A DNA stretch of 63,399 nt, counting the filler, from Asterionella formosa (taxonomy: Eukaryota), in the NCBI GenBank assembly GCA_002256025.1. It is 16 parts of 16 records of this genome, joined end to end, with 100 filler letters (N's around TTAATTAATTAA, not from the genome) between each part and the next. Parts side by side here need not be neighbours in the genome. Positions count along the whole stretch, not along the records: positions 6,126 to 37,890 come from NKIB01000602.1; 15 more parts are not named here. One strand, written 5' to 3'. This document shows, piece after piece, positions 27,144-37,990 of the stretch. Position numbers and translations under genes: made by a program. The notes under the pieces were generated by a model. That model did not search any database and had not been told where the DNA came from. It worked only from the letters and a program-made list of their open reading frames with translations. Numbering within the stretch: the first letter of the stretch is position 1; every line of letters begins with the position of its first letter.

Positions 27144-28158
27144 TTTTATTTGAGTAGCTAATGAATTGGATATGTGAGCTCAAAGAAAACTGACGGAACA
27201 TTATTGAATCAATGGTTTACCTTCCATCGATGAATCATATTCGGAACCGCGATCACGACAGAGCTAGTTTCTTCGAACGACAAGATTAATCGATACGAAC
27301 ACGAGTTCATTACGACGATTACTTGACGCTAACCATTCTTGTGATTCCCCTGATATGTGATCACTTCACAACTCCTGATGATCTCAGACACGGGCTTACC
27401 TTCATGTGGTTTTCCGGCAAGCAAATAATGAATTTAATGAACGAGGTGAGCAAAAGAAGCAATAGGATGGATACTAGGTTTCACGTCGAGGAACTAACAA
27501 AATCTTGTTTATGGAAATGCACGCCAGCACGTCCCCTCGAAGGAGGCTTCGCAAAAGGCAAGACTTCTAAGTAACTTAACACTTTGCATATTCATTTCAT
27601 AATACCTGTATTCGCGTCCTATTTATGCTGGCGTGTTTTGGATCATTTAGGCGCATAAAAAACAGTACCTATTCTTTTCTTGTTGCTTTTTCTACAGCAT
27701 AATAATGATTTGTCCTCATTGTAGATATAGGCAGTCGCGCAAAAGTAAATATTTGAAGAAGCAAGTGAATATCTTAACAGTATACGCGTGCACCATATCT
27801 TACTCACATGGAGTACCTAGTATGTGCGTATAAGATGCCCATAAACCGGTGGATAACTTCTTTATTTCATAATAAACGCCATTCTTTCATAAGACAAATG
27901 TTGAAAAAGAATCGAGCAAGAATATTACCGGTATATGAAATCCGAATTTAGAGTATTGCTTTCGTGTATCGGTATGTATATATCTACTCCGTGATATAGA
28001 TGCTAAAAAAATCTGATACACAAGAAAACGCACCACTAGACTTAATGTACTGTACACATTGCTCATCCTAAAATGCATGTCAGATGTATTTTACGGATTC
28101 ACTACGTGTGGTATGGAACGGTAGGTTGCTAAACGTAGTAGCTATAGTAGTAGTAGTA

Positions 28159-28692
28159 TTATAATTTGTACACATCATGTATGCGGAATTTCGGAACCTG
28201 AGCCTCGTGATCATTCGTAGTGCGCAGGTTCTCAACAAACAACTTGCTTGGTCGACCCCTTTCCACAAACTGTAGTGAGCGACGTGAAGTCTGAATGAAT
28301 GTTTCAGTATGTCTATGTAATACCCACCTGTAAATAGCAAATGATTCAAGATCAAGCACCAATTTCAGTTTCTCTCTCTCTTCAGTGTTGTAATATTTCA
28401 TTCTTTTTCTGTGATTGTGAGGCTTGCTACACATAATGTTTCAAAATACAGCTCACGAATAAATCCACTCCATAGAGGGAAACCAAGAGTCGCCGTCTTG
28501 TAAATATTCGCATGAACGTTCGTCGAATTCGCCATAATGACAAAACGATTGGGGTTGCTGAACTGGAAGTACCGGTACGACGATCTCGGGTTCATCACGG
28601 CATTCCTTCCATTGTCGCCAAACCGGCAGCAATATGATGAAGAGGGACATGATACCGATCCAATTATTGTTCCAGCGGTGTTGAATTTTCAT
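28159..28692 (-). pseudogene. Type II membrane protein fragment with in-frame stops
   Basis: ORFs 28453-28692 and 28159-28434 share a frame and are separated by stops. N-terminal TM WIGIMSLFIILLPVW. Confidence 0.35.
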
Positions 28693-29576
28693 GGTGGTTT
28701 TAATTTTTCGGTTGGTTTATTTCGATTATTATGAGAATCCCGTCAAATGTGCAAAACGCGAACTCTGTTGTCACGAGTTCAAATGAGAACCCCTTCAAAT
28801 GATATGATTTATTCATAAAGTCATCATGATTGAGCTGTCTTCTTCGGAGGACTCCCAAGAGAATCCTCAAAGGCATCTCGTGAATATTTCAGTACTGGAC
28901 CATCTCTGGAGTACCAACTCCACAACTATAATAGCAAGTGGCATCCCAAGACTTAGTCATTAATGATTTACTATTTTGCAACAATGAATATCTATAGTTG
29001 AGGAAAAGACGCCAATTATCATCGATTGTCTTTCAATGTACTTCAGAAACGCCAATTATGGCCACAATTGAGCTAAAGGCTGTGACCGCTCAGTATAGTA
29101 GTGAATGTCTTGTGGCAGCTGGAAATGAGGATGCGGAAAGTGCAGACGCGTCGTCTCTACAACTCGATCAACATATTCTCCGAATAAAGTAATGGGCGCG
29201 TGTATCTTGACCAACTGTATTAATACTGGGACCCACCAAAGGAGCATTGCGGCAACAACTACCATTCCTGTCATTATATTCTTTGCTTTTCGACTCAACA
29301 TTTTCTCGTGCGTATTGCTTTGATTCTTTTTGTTTGTTTACGGTTACTCGGTTTCTTCATTTATGTTGCTCCTGGTGGCTGGAACAAAATGTTGACGCCG
29401 GATTCAGAAGCGAACTCTCTGTGATGGCACGTGCTATTCTGTGACAACAAGTGTCAGTCTGTCTTCTCGAGAACCTAATTGTCATTGTCACGGGACTACT
29501 GTCAAATGCTTCGACTGTATCAAACTACATATATCTACTTGTGGATGCCAATAGATGCACTTAAGTGTTCCAATCA

Positions 29577-31772
29577 CTAGTTTCCAATCCAATCAAGTTC
29601 ATCCTGCTTCTTCTCGAACTCGTGAAAGGCATCATTTGCCACGTCCCACAACATCTTGCAGATGAATTGTTGGTCTTTGTCAAGATTATTTGGGAGCTTG
29701 TCTGGGTGGAGGAAGAAACGGAGTTTCTTCACGGCCTTCTTTACACCATCATCGGAACCCACATCCTGCAATGAGACAGGGATCCATTTGGAAAAGTAAG
29801 TATGAGAGGCTACGCCAAAAGCTGGTGGAAAGATGCTATGTATTGTAGTGATAAGTGCACCAATGGGCCGTAGGGTCTGCATCGCGGGAGGTTGAAGTGC
29901 CCAATGAATCAGAATGTTCCTTTTAATTACCGGATCGTCATCACCTTTTTGATCCACCATCTTTGCATACTTTGAGTCAGCTGCTGCCGGAGGGGGGACT
30001 GGAATCTGAGCTTGACCCGGCGAATGAGGTACCGGTGTTTGTGTTTGAGGAGGATTATGTTGTTGATAAGGCGGAGGTTGTCCCTGGTACTGCTGCTGAG
30101 GCGGAAAGTGCTGCTGCGGAGGATACTGCCTATGGTGAATATTTTGCTGCGGAGAATATTGCGAATGACTATGATAGACCTGTTGCTGCATATTATGTGG
30201 GTGTTGCGTCCATCCTTGTTGATGTTGAGAAGGCGATAGTGGCGGTGCTGCGCGTTGTTGCCACTGTTGATGAGGTTGAGGTTGTATGGAATGCGGCATA
30301 TTGCTATGCTGAGTCTGATTATGCTGCCGGGGCATAGTCGGTGGCACACCATGTTGTGATTGATATTGGTGTTGCTGGAGGATCGGCGGTTGCCACTGCT
30401 GCTGCGGCTGTGGAATTTGCACTTGCGGAGGCTGCTGAGGGTAGCTAGTATGATATGCTGCTGGAGGATGTTGCTGACCTTGCCACTGCTGGGGTGGGTG
30501 CTGCTGATTCGAGGGTGGCTGTGCTGTCGATGCATAGTTTTGCTGTGTCGGCGGTAATCTTGCCGGAAGTGGTGGCTGTGCGTATACAGGTGGCTGCGCA
30601 ACATGACCATTCTGTTGAGGATGCGGCCATACCGGAAGCGGGGGCATTTGACTCAATAAAGGCTGAGGTGCAGTACTTGTTGGAGTACTTGATGGAAATC
30701 GCTGAGTGTTACCTTCCTCTGCTTCTCGTTTGAACTCTTCGAAAGCTTTATCCTGTGCTTCTTGCCTTTGCAGTTCAGCGATTTCTGCGAGTCTTTGCTC
30801 CTCTAACTCCAGTCTCAAATTTTCGGCTAATTCTTGTGCCCGCTTTAGCCTTGCTTCTTCTTCCTCGGCCTGTCGTCGCTGTTCCGCTACTATACGCCCC
30901 TTTCTCCGCTCGTTTTCCATTTTAAGTTGCTCAGCCGCTTTAGCTGCACGTAACTCTTCCTCTTCCTCCTTTCGTTGCATATCTATTGCGGCTGCTTCCT
31001 CTTCGTTGAGACGACTCTGTACTTCCATTGTTCGTCGTTCTTCCTCGTCTTCCAGGCAACGCAGGGCTTCTATTTTTCGTTGCACTTCGTCTTGTAATAG
31101 ACGCTTATGTTCCGCTTGTTGTTCCTCCTCTAACTCGACTTGCTTACGTTCTTCCTCACGTCGTCGTTGCTGTTGGGCAGCTTCCTTTCGTCGACGTTTC
31201 TCAATGGTACGCTTCCCTTGGGCGTCGTCGGTTCGTTCTTGAGCCACCATGGTATCATGTGAAAGTTGTTCGGCAAGTCTGAAACGTTCCGATCTTCTTT
31301 CTTCAAGTTCCGATTTCTTAGTATTATTATTAGTACTATTTTGTGGAATGGCTGTATGATTGTGGGGTGCATGGTCCGATGGTTCTGACGACATTTGGTC
31401 TCCAAGGAATTGTTTTGATTTTTGCCGATGCTTGATTGGCGATGGAGGAGTACTAGTATTAGCAGAATCATCAATACTTGTTGGCAATTCATCTCGAAGA
31501 CTTTGTCGATCAACTCGTTTCTTTTCTTCTCGTTCTTCTATTAGTGAATTTCTTTTTTCTCGTTCCCGATGGATACTGCTGCTGCTTCTCGGCGGTTTGA
31601 TGGCATCTTTCTTTTGTCTACGTCGTCGAGGAGGATCTTGTCCTTGATTCTCAATGTATTCATTCAGAGCCTGGAAGGCATCAACTAGCATGGGATCAAA
31701 GCCATCTTGTTGGATTATTATAACACACTCTCGAAGGAGTTGGACAAGAGCCCTATTCTCTCGTTTCATCAT
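29577..31772 (-). CDS. Auxilin-like protein: coiled coil, P/Q-rich region, C-terminal J domain
   Basis: C-terminal W.PVSL.D..VKKAVKKLRFFLHPDKLP..LWDVANDAF is the auxilin-type J domain. Intact 731-aa ORF. Confidence 0.85.
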   Translation of the reverse strand: MMKRENRALVQLLRECVIIIQQDGFDPMLVDAFQALNEYIENQGQDPPRRRRQKKDAIKPPRSSSSIHREREKRNSLIEEREEKKRVDRQSLRDELPTSIDDSANTSTPPSPIKHRQKSKQFLGDQMSSEPSDHAPHNHTAIPQNSTNNNTKKSELEERRSERFRLAEQLSHDTMVAQERTDDAQGKRTIEKRRRKEAAQQQRRREEERKQVELEEEQQAEHKRLLQDEVQRKIEALRCLEDEEERRTMEVQSRLNEEEAAAIDMQRKEEEEELRAAKAAEQLKMENERRKGRIVAEQRRQAEEEEARLKRAQELAENLRLELEEQRLAEIAELQRQEAQDKAFEEFKREAEEGNTQRFPSSTPTSTAPQPLLSQMPPLPVWPHPQQNGHVAQPPVYAQPPLPARLPPTQQNYASTAQPPSNQQHPPQQWQGQQHPPAAYHTSYPQQPPQVQIPQPQQQWQPPILQQHQYQSQHGVPPTMPRQHNQTQHSNMPHSIQPQPHQQWQQRAAPPLSPSQHQQGWTQHPHNMQQQVYHSHSQYSPQQNIHHRQYPPQQHFPPQQQYQGQPPPYQQHNPPQTQTPVPHSPGQAQIPVPPPAAADSKYAKMVDQKGDDDPVIKRNILIHWALQPPAMQTLRPIGALITTIHSIFPPAFGVASHTYFSKWIPVSLQDVGSDDGVKKAVKKLRFFLHPDKLPNNLDKDQQFICKMLWDVANDAFHEFEKKQDELDWIGN

Positions 31773-32913
31773 TTTGTAGTCAAACGATCAACTACGGAGG
31801 CAATGATCCATGAGTATGTATCAAAAGAAACTATCATAGGAATAAGTCCGGCGACCAATGACAATGTCAATGTAGTATACGGAAAAGATTGAATCCCTTT
31901 TGTCTTTGGTTTCCGTCAAGAGAGAGATGCTTCTCTTGATGTACAACCACACTTTCAGATCAAAAAAGTATAAAATGGAAGCAAACGGCATCAGTCCAGC
32001 ATACAAAAAGGTACAGCATTGTACACGTACCGGTATACAAAGACAAAAAAAATAAACACGGTATGATTTTTATGAAATGCTCCTGCCGCGGTGGCACCAG
32101 CGACACAGCTAGTACCAGGTACCAGTTACTCCCTGGTACACCAAGTACGCACTCCATACTACCGGTAGGTAAACTGAAAGCAAGAGAGCGTATCGTCGAG
32201 GGACACAAGGAAACAAGGTGAGATATTCACGTCAGCCCTTGCATCATTAAATCATATATATCAATAGATATATTTATCTTTAATTAGACTACCGGTAGAC
32301 ACACGACATGCCCAGTATGTGATCAAGCGCCATCATCCTAGCAGTACCTGGTACCTGGTACAAAAAGTATTCGATTGTGACGAGAAGCAAAGCAACCCAC
32401 ACAACGGATCTAGACTAACAGTACCGGTAACGTGGTCCCGGTACGATTTATTCTATAGTTAATAAAATACCGTATTAAAAAGAATTACAAAACATAATTT
32501 CTCTCCCAGGTGCTCCGGGTACCTGTAGTTATAGACTACCTGGTACTGTATATGTAGTACACGGTATACGATCATGCGATGTATCTTGGATTAGGTATAC
32601 CGGGTACCGGTATATAAAAAGGAAACAAAACAAAGTAACAAAAACCGCGACAACAGACATTATATTAATAACCATTTTTTTAAAATCAAATTGACAATAA
32701 CATCGTGGTCAAGACAACATCGACTTGAGCTATACACACCGGTATAGCACACACAGACGACGGGAAACTCTGCTGTGTTGATTTCTAAAACGAAAAATAA
32801 TCGCACAGTCAGTACTTTATATTCTCTCCCGCCCCCCGAGCGCGCGCGCAAGAGAGAGAGAGAAGTGTGTGTCCAAGAATCTGCGAGAGAGTGAGGAGTG
32901 ACCGACAAATAAA

Positions 32914-33282
32914 ATGTCGTCCATGAGCTTTAGTGGTGGCAAACAATTTGTGAAACCACCACAAAGAGGAGTCTTTCCATTAGATCATGATTCGGAATGT
33001 AAGCAACCAATGCTGTTGTACATTTCTTGTTTAAAGGAATCTAGAGATATTCATCATAAATGTAGAGACTTTTCGAAAGACTACTTGGAATGTCGAATGA
33101 GTCGAGAATTAATGGCCAAGGAAGATTTGAATAGCATGGGCTACAGTACAGAAGCAATAGTTACAGGTGCTGTGGAATACGACAAGAGCAAGGAACGGGA
33201 TGGATACGTCGCAGGCAAACACGTGGACGCCCCTTCGAAGTGGTGGTGGCAAAAGGGGTTGGGAAAAGATTGGAACAATTGA
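32914..33282 (+). CDS. COX19: Cytochrome c oxidase assembly protein COX19 (twin CX9C)
   Basis: PPQRGVFPLDHDSEC-x9-C..C-x9-CRM..LM signature. Confidence 0.93.
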   Translation: MSSMSFSGGKQFVKPPQRGVFPLDHDSECKQPMLLYISCLKESRDIHHKCRDFSKDYLECRMSRELMAKEDLNSMGYSTEAIVTGAVEYDKSKERDGYVAGKHVDAPSKWWWQKGLGKDWNN

Positions 33283-33439
33283 ATTCGAGCTGCTATGACA
33301 ATAACTGCATATTCATTAGTCACAAAGTAGCATCCTATGTAATACTTAATTTTGCGAAATGACGAATTAAAAAAGGATCTTTGCTTGACTATTATATAGT
33401 TAGTATAAAGAAGCAAGTCACATCTGGACCGAACTCTTT

Positions 33440-34315
33440 TCACTTGCCAATAAATGGACCATAACTGTAATATTTTGGTATCGAATCCAATCGAACATGA
33501 AGCCACGGCACACCTGTACCATCCGTGGAGAGCCATACGGCATGGTCCGAGTTTATGCTCTTGACATATTCCATTGCCACCAACTTCCATAATTCATCGA
33601 TCTGTGCCACGGGAGCAGTCCGAACAAAGGCTGCCAAATGAGAATAAGTCACTGCATCGTCTTCGTTACCCGGATTTGGGGCTACCAATTTGGCATCCCC
33701 TCCTAGGTTCATAAAGGAACATGCGAATGCCCCTTGACACTTGGAAAAATGTTCGGTGAAGGAGCGTGGACTGGCATTGGTTTCTGCAAATGATTTTAAA
33801 TGAGGCGCATCGACCAAGACAAATTCAAAATTCTGTTGATGCGAGGGATCTTGTGTCGTTACCCCCTTTGTTTCAAAGAAAAATGCAGAATAAGAAGAGC
33901 TTCGTAGGGCATTCGTCAATCCCAGGCGACAGTTAGAATCTTGTTGTATCATAGATCGAGTCCATTCTGAAATGGTTAACGCTTCATTACTATCAAGGCA
34001 CAAGGCACCATATCTTTGGAAGGGAGATCGATTATAAATGCCTTCTTCTAATAGTCTGTAAAGTACATCGGAGCATGCTTGCTGTGAACTGCTATCTTCA
34101 GTTGCTGTCTTCACTTCATTGTTGTTGCCAGCGTTGCCAGCATTGTCACCATTCAATGACATCCAAAGAATGCAAAAGGCAGGTAAAACAATCAAGAATC
34201 GCACAGGAGATTTCACCATATCCATGCACTGATGGTGGCAACTGTGATGATGTCGACGAAGGCGCTTATTTCTTATTATTGGTAATTCTAATGCTGATGA
34301 CGCTGTGCTTGTCAT
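33440..34315 (-). CDS. Membrane-anchored protein with a DUF6940-like domain
   Basis: FFFET, FEFVLVD, F.NLGGDA.LVAP, YSHLAAFVRTAP and WLST.G.GVPWLHVRLDS.PKYY motifs (family name recalled, not searched). TM segment FLIVLPAFCILWM. Confidence 0.7.
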   Translation of the reverse strand: MTSTASSALELPIIRNKRLRRHHHSCHHQCMDMVKSPVRFLIVLPAFCILWMSLNGDNAGNAGNNNEVKTATEDSSSQQACSDVLYRLLEEGIYNRSPFQRYGALCLDSNEALTISEWTRSMIQQDSNCRLGLTNALRSSSYSAFFFETKGVTTQDPSHQQNFEFVLVDAPHLKSFAETNASPRSFTEHFSKCQGAFACSFMNLGGDAKLVAPNPGNEDDAVTYSHLAAFVRTAPVAQIDELWKLVAMEYVKSINSDHAVWLSTDGTGVPWLHVRLDSIPKYYSYGPFIGK

Positions 34316-34540
34316 CGCTTATCATGGTGATGCGGGATGAAGAACAAATAATGATATCCACAAAACATATTAAAATATATACCGGTATACAGCATAACAT
34401 ATTCCGGTATGTGCATATGTAAACCATACTGGTACTTAGACTCTACGTAGTATTTTTGTGATGTGCTCACTCGTCCCCCGCCCCAAACAAGATTTTCCAT
34501 TCACGACCATTCATCGAACTTCATTTCCTTTGCCACTACC

Positions 34541-35038
34541 ATGAGATTCTTTCCCCTCTTCTTGCTTGCTGCTACTCTTCATTGTCTCGCCCGTGCTGAT
34601 GATTCCATAGACGACGAGACTATTCGTCGCCAGATTCGTATGAAAACAACCAATCAGCTCAAGAAGATGTTTGAAGAGCTCAATATTCCCTTCAAGTCAT
34701 CGGCCTCCAAGGAGAAACTACAAGCGTTGGCGCATGAAAGTGATGCTCTACAAAAGTGGTGGGAATTGCATCCCGAAAAGAAACCGAAGAAAAAGGCTGG
34801 GGGAGCACCGGATGGAGTCGATAGTGACATGTGGGAGAAACTTCAGCGTCAAATGAAGGGGGATTTTTCAAATGAACCAGACCCCGAGAAGCGGCGAATC
34901 CTCGAAAAGTTGTCTAAGCGAGGGATGCACCTTGGAGGTGGCAAAGAACAAACTTTAGAAAGTCTCAGAGATATGGAGAAAATGCTAGATGGTTTGCCAG
35001 ATTTTACATCGCGTCAGGGTGCTGGTGATGATCTTTGA
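34541..35038 (+). CDS. ER-luminal/secreted protein with a SAP/HeH-like motif and C-terminal GDDL
   Basis: Signal peptide MRFFPLFLLAATLHCLARA, TTNQLKKMFEELNIPF..ASKEKL..LA helical motif and a KDEL-like terminus. Confidence 0.75.
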   Translation: MRFFPLFLLAATLHCLARADDSIDDETIRRQIRMKTTNQLKKMFEELNIPFKSSASKEKLQALAHESDALQKWWELHPEKKPKKKAGGAPDGVDSDMWEKLQRQMKGDFSNEPDPEKRRILEKLSKRGMHLGGGKEQTLESLRDMEKMLDGLPDFTSRQGAGDDL

Positions 35039-36816
35039 AGTGCACTGTCACTTGTCGACATTCTGATAAATAAAATATTTCCCCCCTCAGCATCATAAAC
35101 TAGAAAGGAACCGGAATTTAGTTTAAAAGAAATACTGTTTCGTTGAAAGTACTGCCAAAGAAGGTTCATAATGCCTTTTTTGAAAATTGAAATAAGCGAA
35201 ATTTTACACATAGGGACGAGCATGCTTTGGTTGCGTGACATTCTCCAATGAAGTAATCATTGTCTGACGGAATTGAGAAGGCATGCCCACGACATTTGAG
35301 CCAGAAAATAGTATTTGAAAAGCTATCAACATCGCTCACTCAGAAGCCGGAATGAAAATTAATGCACTTTGAAACAGTAAATCAGTAAATGGTACTACAA
35401 GTACCAGCCACCAGTCGACCCCAACCATGTTAGTCAAGTGGAGTTTGAAGGCTTTTCTTTATTTTGCATCAAAAGTGTATGCTGTAGTTCATTCATTGTT
35501 TCTAGAAACAGTATACCTGTGCTGGTGCCTTCTTGTACCACATATTCCATCTCAACTGTAATTCCAGGTGACAAATAAATCTGTCTTTTACCCGCCCGGA
35601 ATACATCTAAGCCGCGCTAAACACGCCACTTTCAAAAGTTTCATCTATGTATACTAGTCTGAATTATTGGGTACTTCCCATGAACAAATGCCACACTTCC
35701 CAAATGTGACCTTGCTATTAACAACAGTCCCATGTGAAGCTTTAATGATTCAGATTTAACACAAGCCTGAATTAGTTGAAGTTTCAAATAATTCCTTTCT
35801 AAGTTCAACTTAGCTAGGTCTTACTTTGATAGTGAAAAATTCATTCACGAAGAAATAGTAACAATTTTTGTGGTGTCTACGTTCATACATGGAAGATCGC
35901 AATTTTACGGTTGTGCACATCATGTAAATAATATGACCTATTCTGGTAAACAAGATTACGCCCCCTGCAAATAGTAGAAAACTTTTTTTGTGAGATGGAT
36001 CTTATAATGACAATCATATGATCATAAATATTCAATATATCATCTTATATGTATAATAATTAATGCCATAAATTAAGAACCCTTTTTTTACTATGCATTT
36101 TATATGTATTGCTTTCATTTTGGTCCTGTAGTTCTTAGTTTCCTCAAACAATAATATAACAGCATATGTATTGGTCATTTTGTCATCATCGACATCAATT
36201 GATATTTATGATCAAACAAATGTCAAAAGATATTTAGTCTATGCTTACTTTGGTTCGATCACTCAAAAACTGGCTGATCATAACATTAATATCTCATTAA
36301 CTTTTTTTTTGATTAGAATTATCAACTAATAATTCATCATCACATTGTCACAATCACTGGATTATAATCAGATGATACAATGATCAAAGTAACATATGAT
36401 TTGATGCTTGCTAGCTATTATTTTAATCAATTATTAAAGAAAAACCTTAGAAGAAGAATATCATAATAAATACTTATAACAAATACATACAACAATATAA
36501 ATCATCATCATCATTGCTAGTAGATTAAAATAGATGTTATGAATGTGCGTAATAATACATGGCGGTCAGTACCAACATTCAATAAACACGCATGATATAA
36601 CAGTATACTGCAAGCAAATACCAGGTATTTTATGCAGCTGCTGATGCTGCTGTTACCTTGTTCCCATCATGGATACCACTGGTAGTAGTAATGGAACTCC
36701 ATTTGTTGTAAATCTTCTAATTTCGAAAACCATACCGCATTCTCGTCATTTGCAGACAGATGGCCAAAATTTTTAAGATTTTTTGAAAGCATACAATACT
36801 GAATAATCATATAAAA

Positions 36817-37186
36817 GGGAATGACTAACGGTAGCTGGTTGAGCACGTTGTCCTTGATTTGAGGTTGTGAGGTTCCATTCCCGCAATCTTTTGAGAAGCA
36901 ATTGTTGGGTTCGACCCCCACACTCCTTACCGTCCAGCACCGTCTTGCCTGGTGTGCAAGAAATAGTGGTTGCCCCCGCCCTACAAGCAGCTTGTGCCGC
37001 CTTCCTGGGTGGTCGGAGTTTCCCCTACCGCTGCAGCTAATATGATCATCTTTCGTGAAGGGTGGTCGCGGACTCGCCTATGCTAAAAAAACTAGGGAAG
37101 AACAGGTCTTTTCGGCAGGCAGCAGCACAATGAATACTTGCCTTGTAAAAGGGGAGTAGGAATGGGCTATAAAACAGATTATCATT
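36817..37186 (+). mobile_element. tRNA-derived SINE-like element, copy 1
   Basis: tRNA-like head with a degenerate A box and a B-box-like GGTTCCATTCC (36871). The body is homologous to 58104-58443 and to 44151-44271 (minus). Confidence 0.6.
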
Positions 37187-37544
37187 TGAATGATCATATA
37201 AATCAAAAAATGAAGGTTTTATTCAATCAATTGCCATGCATTACTATTATATTGTATGTACACTTTACCAGCACTATCAACCAATACAGGGTCGACCTTG
37301 AATTGCAAAATATCATCTCTTTGTATTGGACTTATGACCTTGAATTGGGATGTGACGCAGTACTCCTGCCAAAACCCAAGACAGTAGCAAATTATCATTA
37401 CCTTGTATTGGAACTCATGACCTGTATTGGGATGCGACATAGTACTGCCAAAACCCAATACAGGGGCAAGCTTGAATTTTAAAATGATGCAGCCTTGTAT
37501 TGGAAAATAAACAGTGCCTAATAATGGGGCGGAATACCTTGTAT

Positions 37545-37890
37545 TACATCTAAGCCGCGTATTACGTGAAGTGACCATCACGTAAATAAGCCTAGTTGAT
37601 TTTGAATGCATCACATGAATTAGTTGAATACATCAAAATACGTAGTTGAACATGTCTATATATTATCTGAATACATCACGTTAAATATTTGATCAAAGTA
37701 TCATGCATGCATTCCTGATCATCACTATATTATGTGATCACCTTCACATAATTATTTGAAATACTTCACATAATTATTTGAAATACTTCACATAATTATT
37801 TGAAATACTTCACATAATTATTTGAAATCCTTCACGTAATTCTGTAATTTCGTTCACATAATTGTAGAATAAAGTTCACTTAATATGTTA
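37545..37890 (+). mobile_element. Terminus of a repeat element starting TACATCTAAGCCGCG, with a 22-bp minisatellite
   Basis: Reverse-complement homologous to about 43845-44146. The same 15-mer occurs at 35602-35616. TTCACATAATTATTTGAAATAC x4 at 37743-37830. Confidence 0.65.
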
Positions 37891-37990
37891 NNNNNNNNNN
37901 NNNNNNNNNNNNNNNNNNNNNNNNNNNNNNNNNNTTAATTAATTAANNNNNNNNNNNNNNNNNNNNNNNNNNNNNNNNNNNNNNNNNNNN

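Noticed and set aside
29927..31647. Several overlapping ORFs of 60-230 aa
   Set aside because: Shadow frames of the low-complexity auxilin-like gene.
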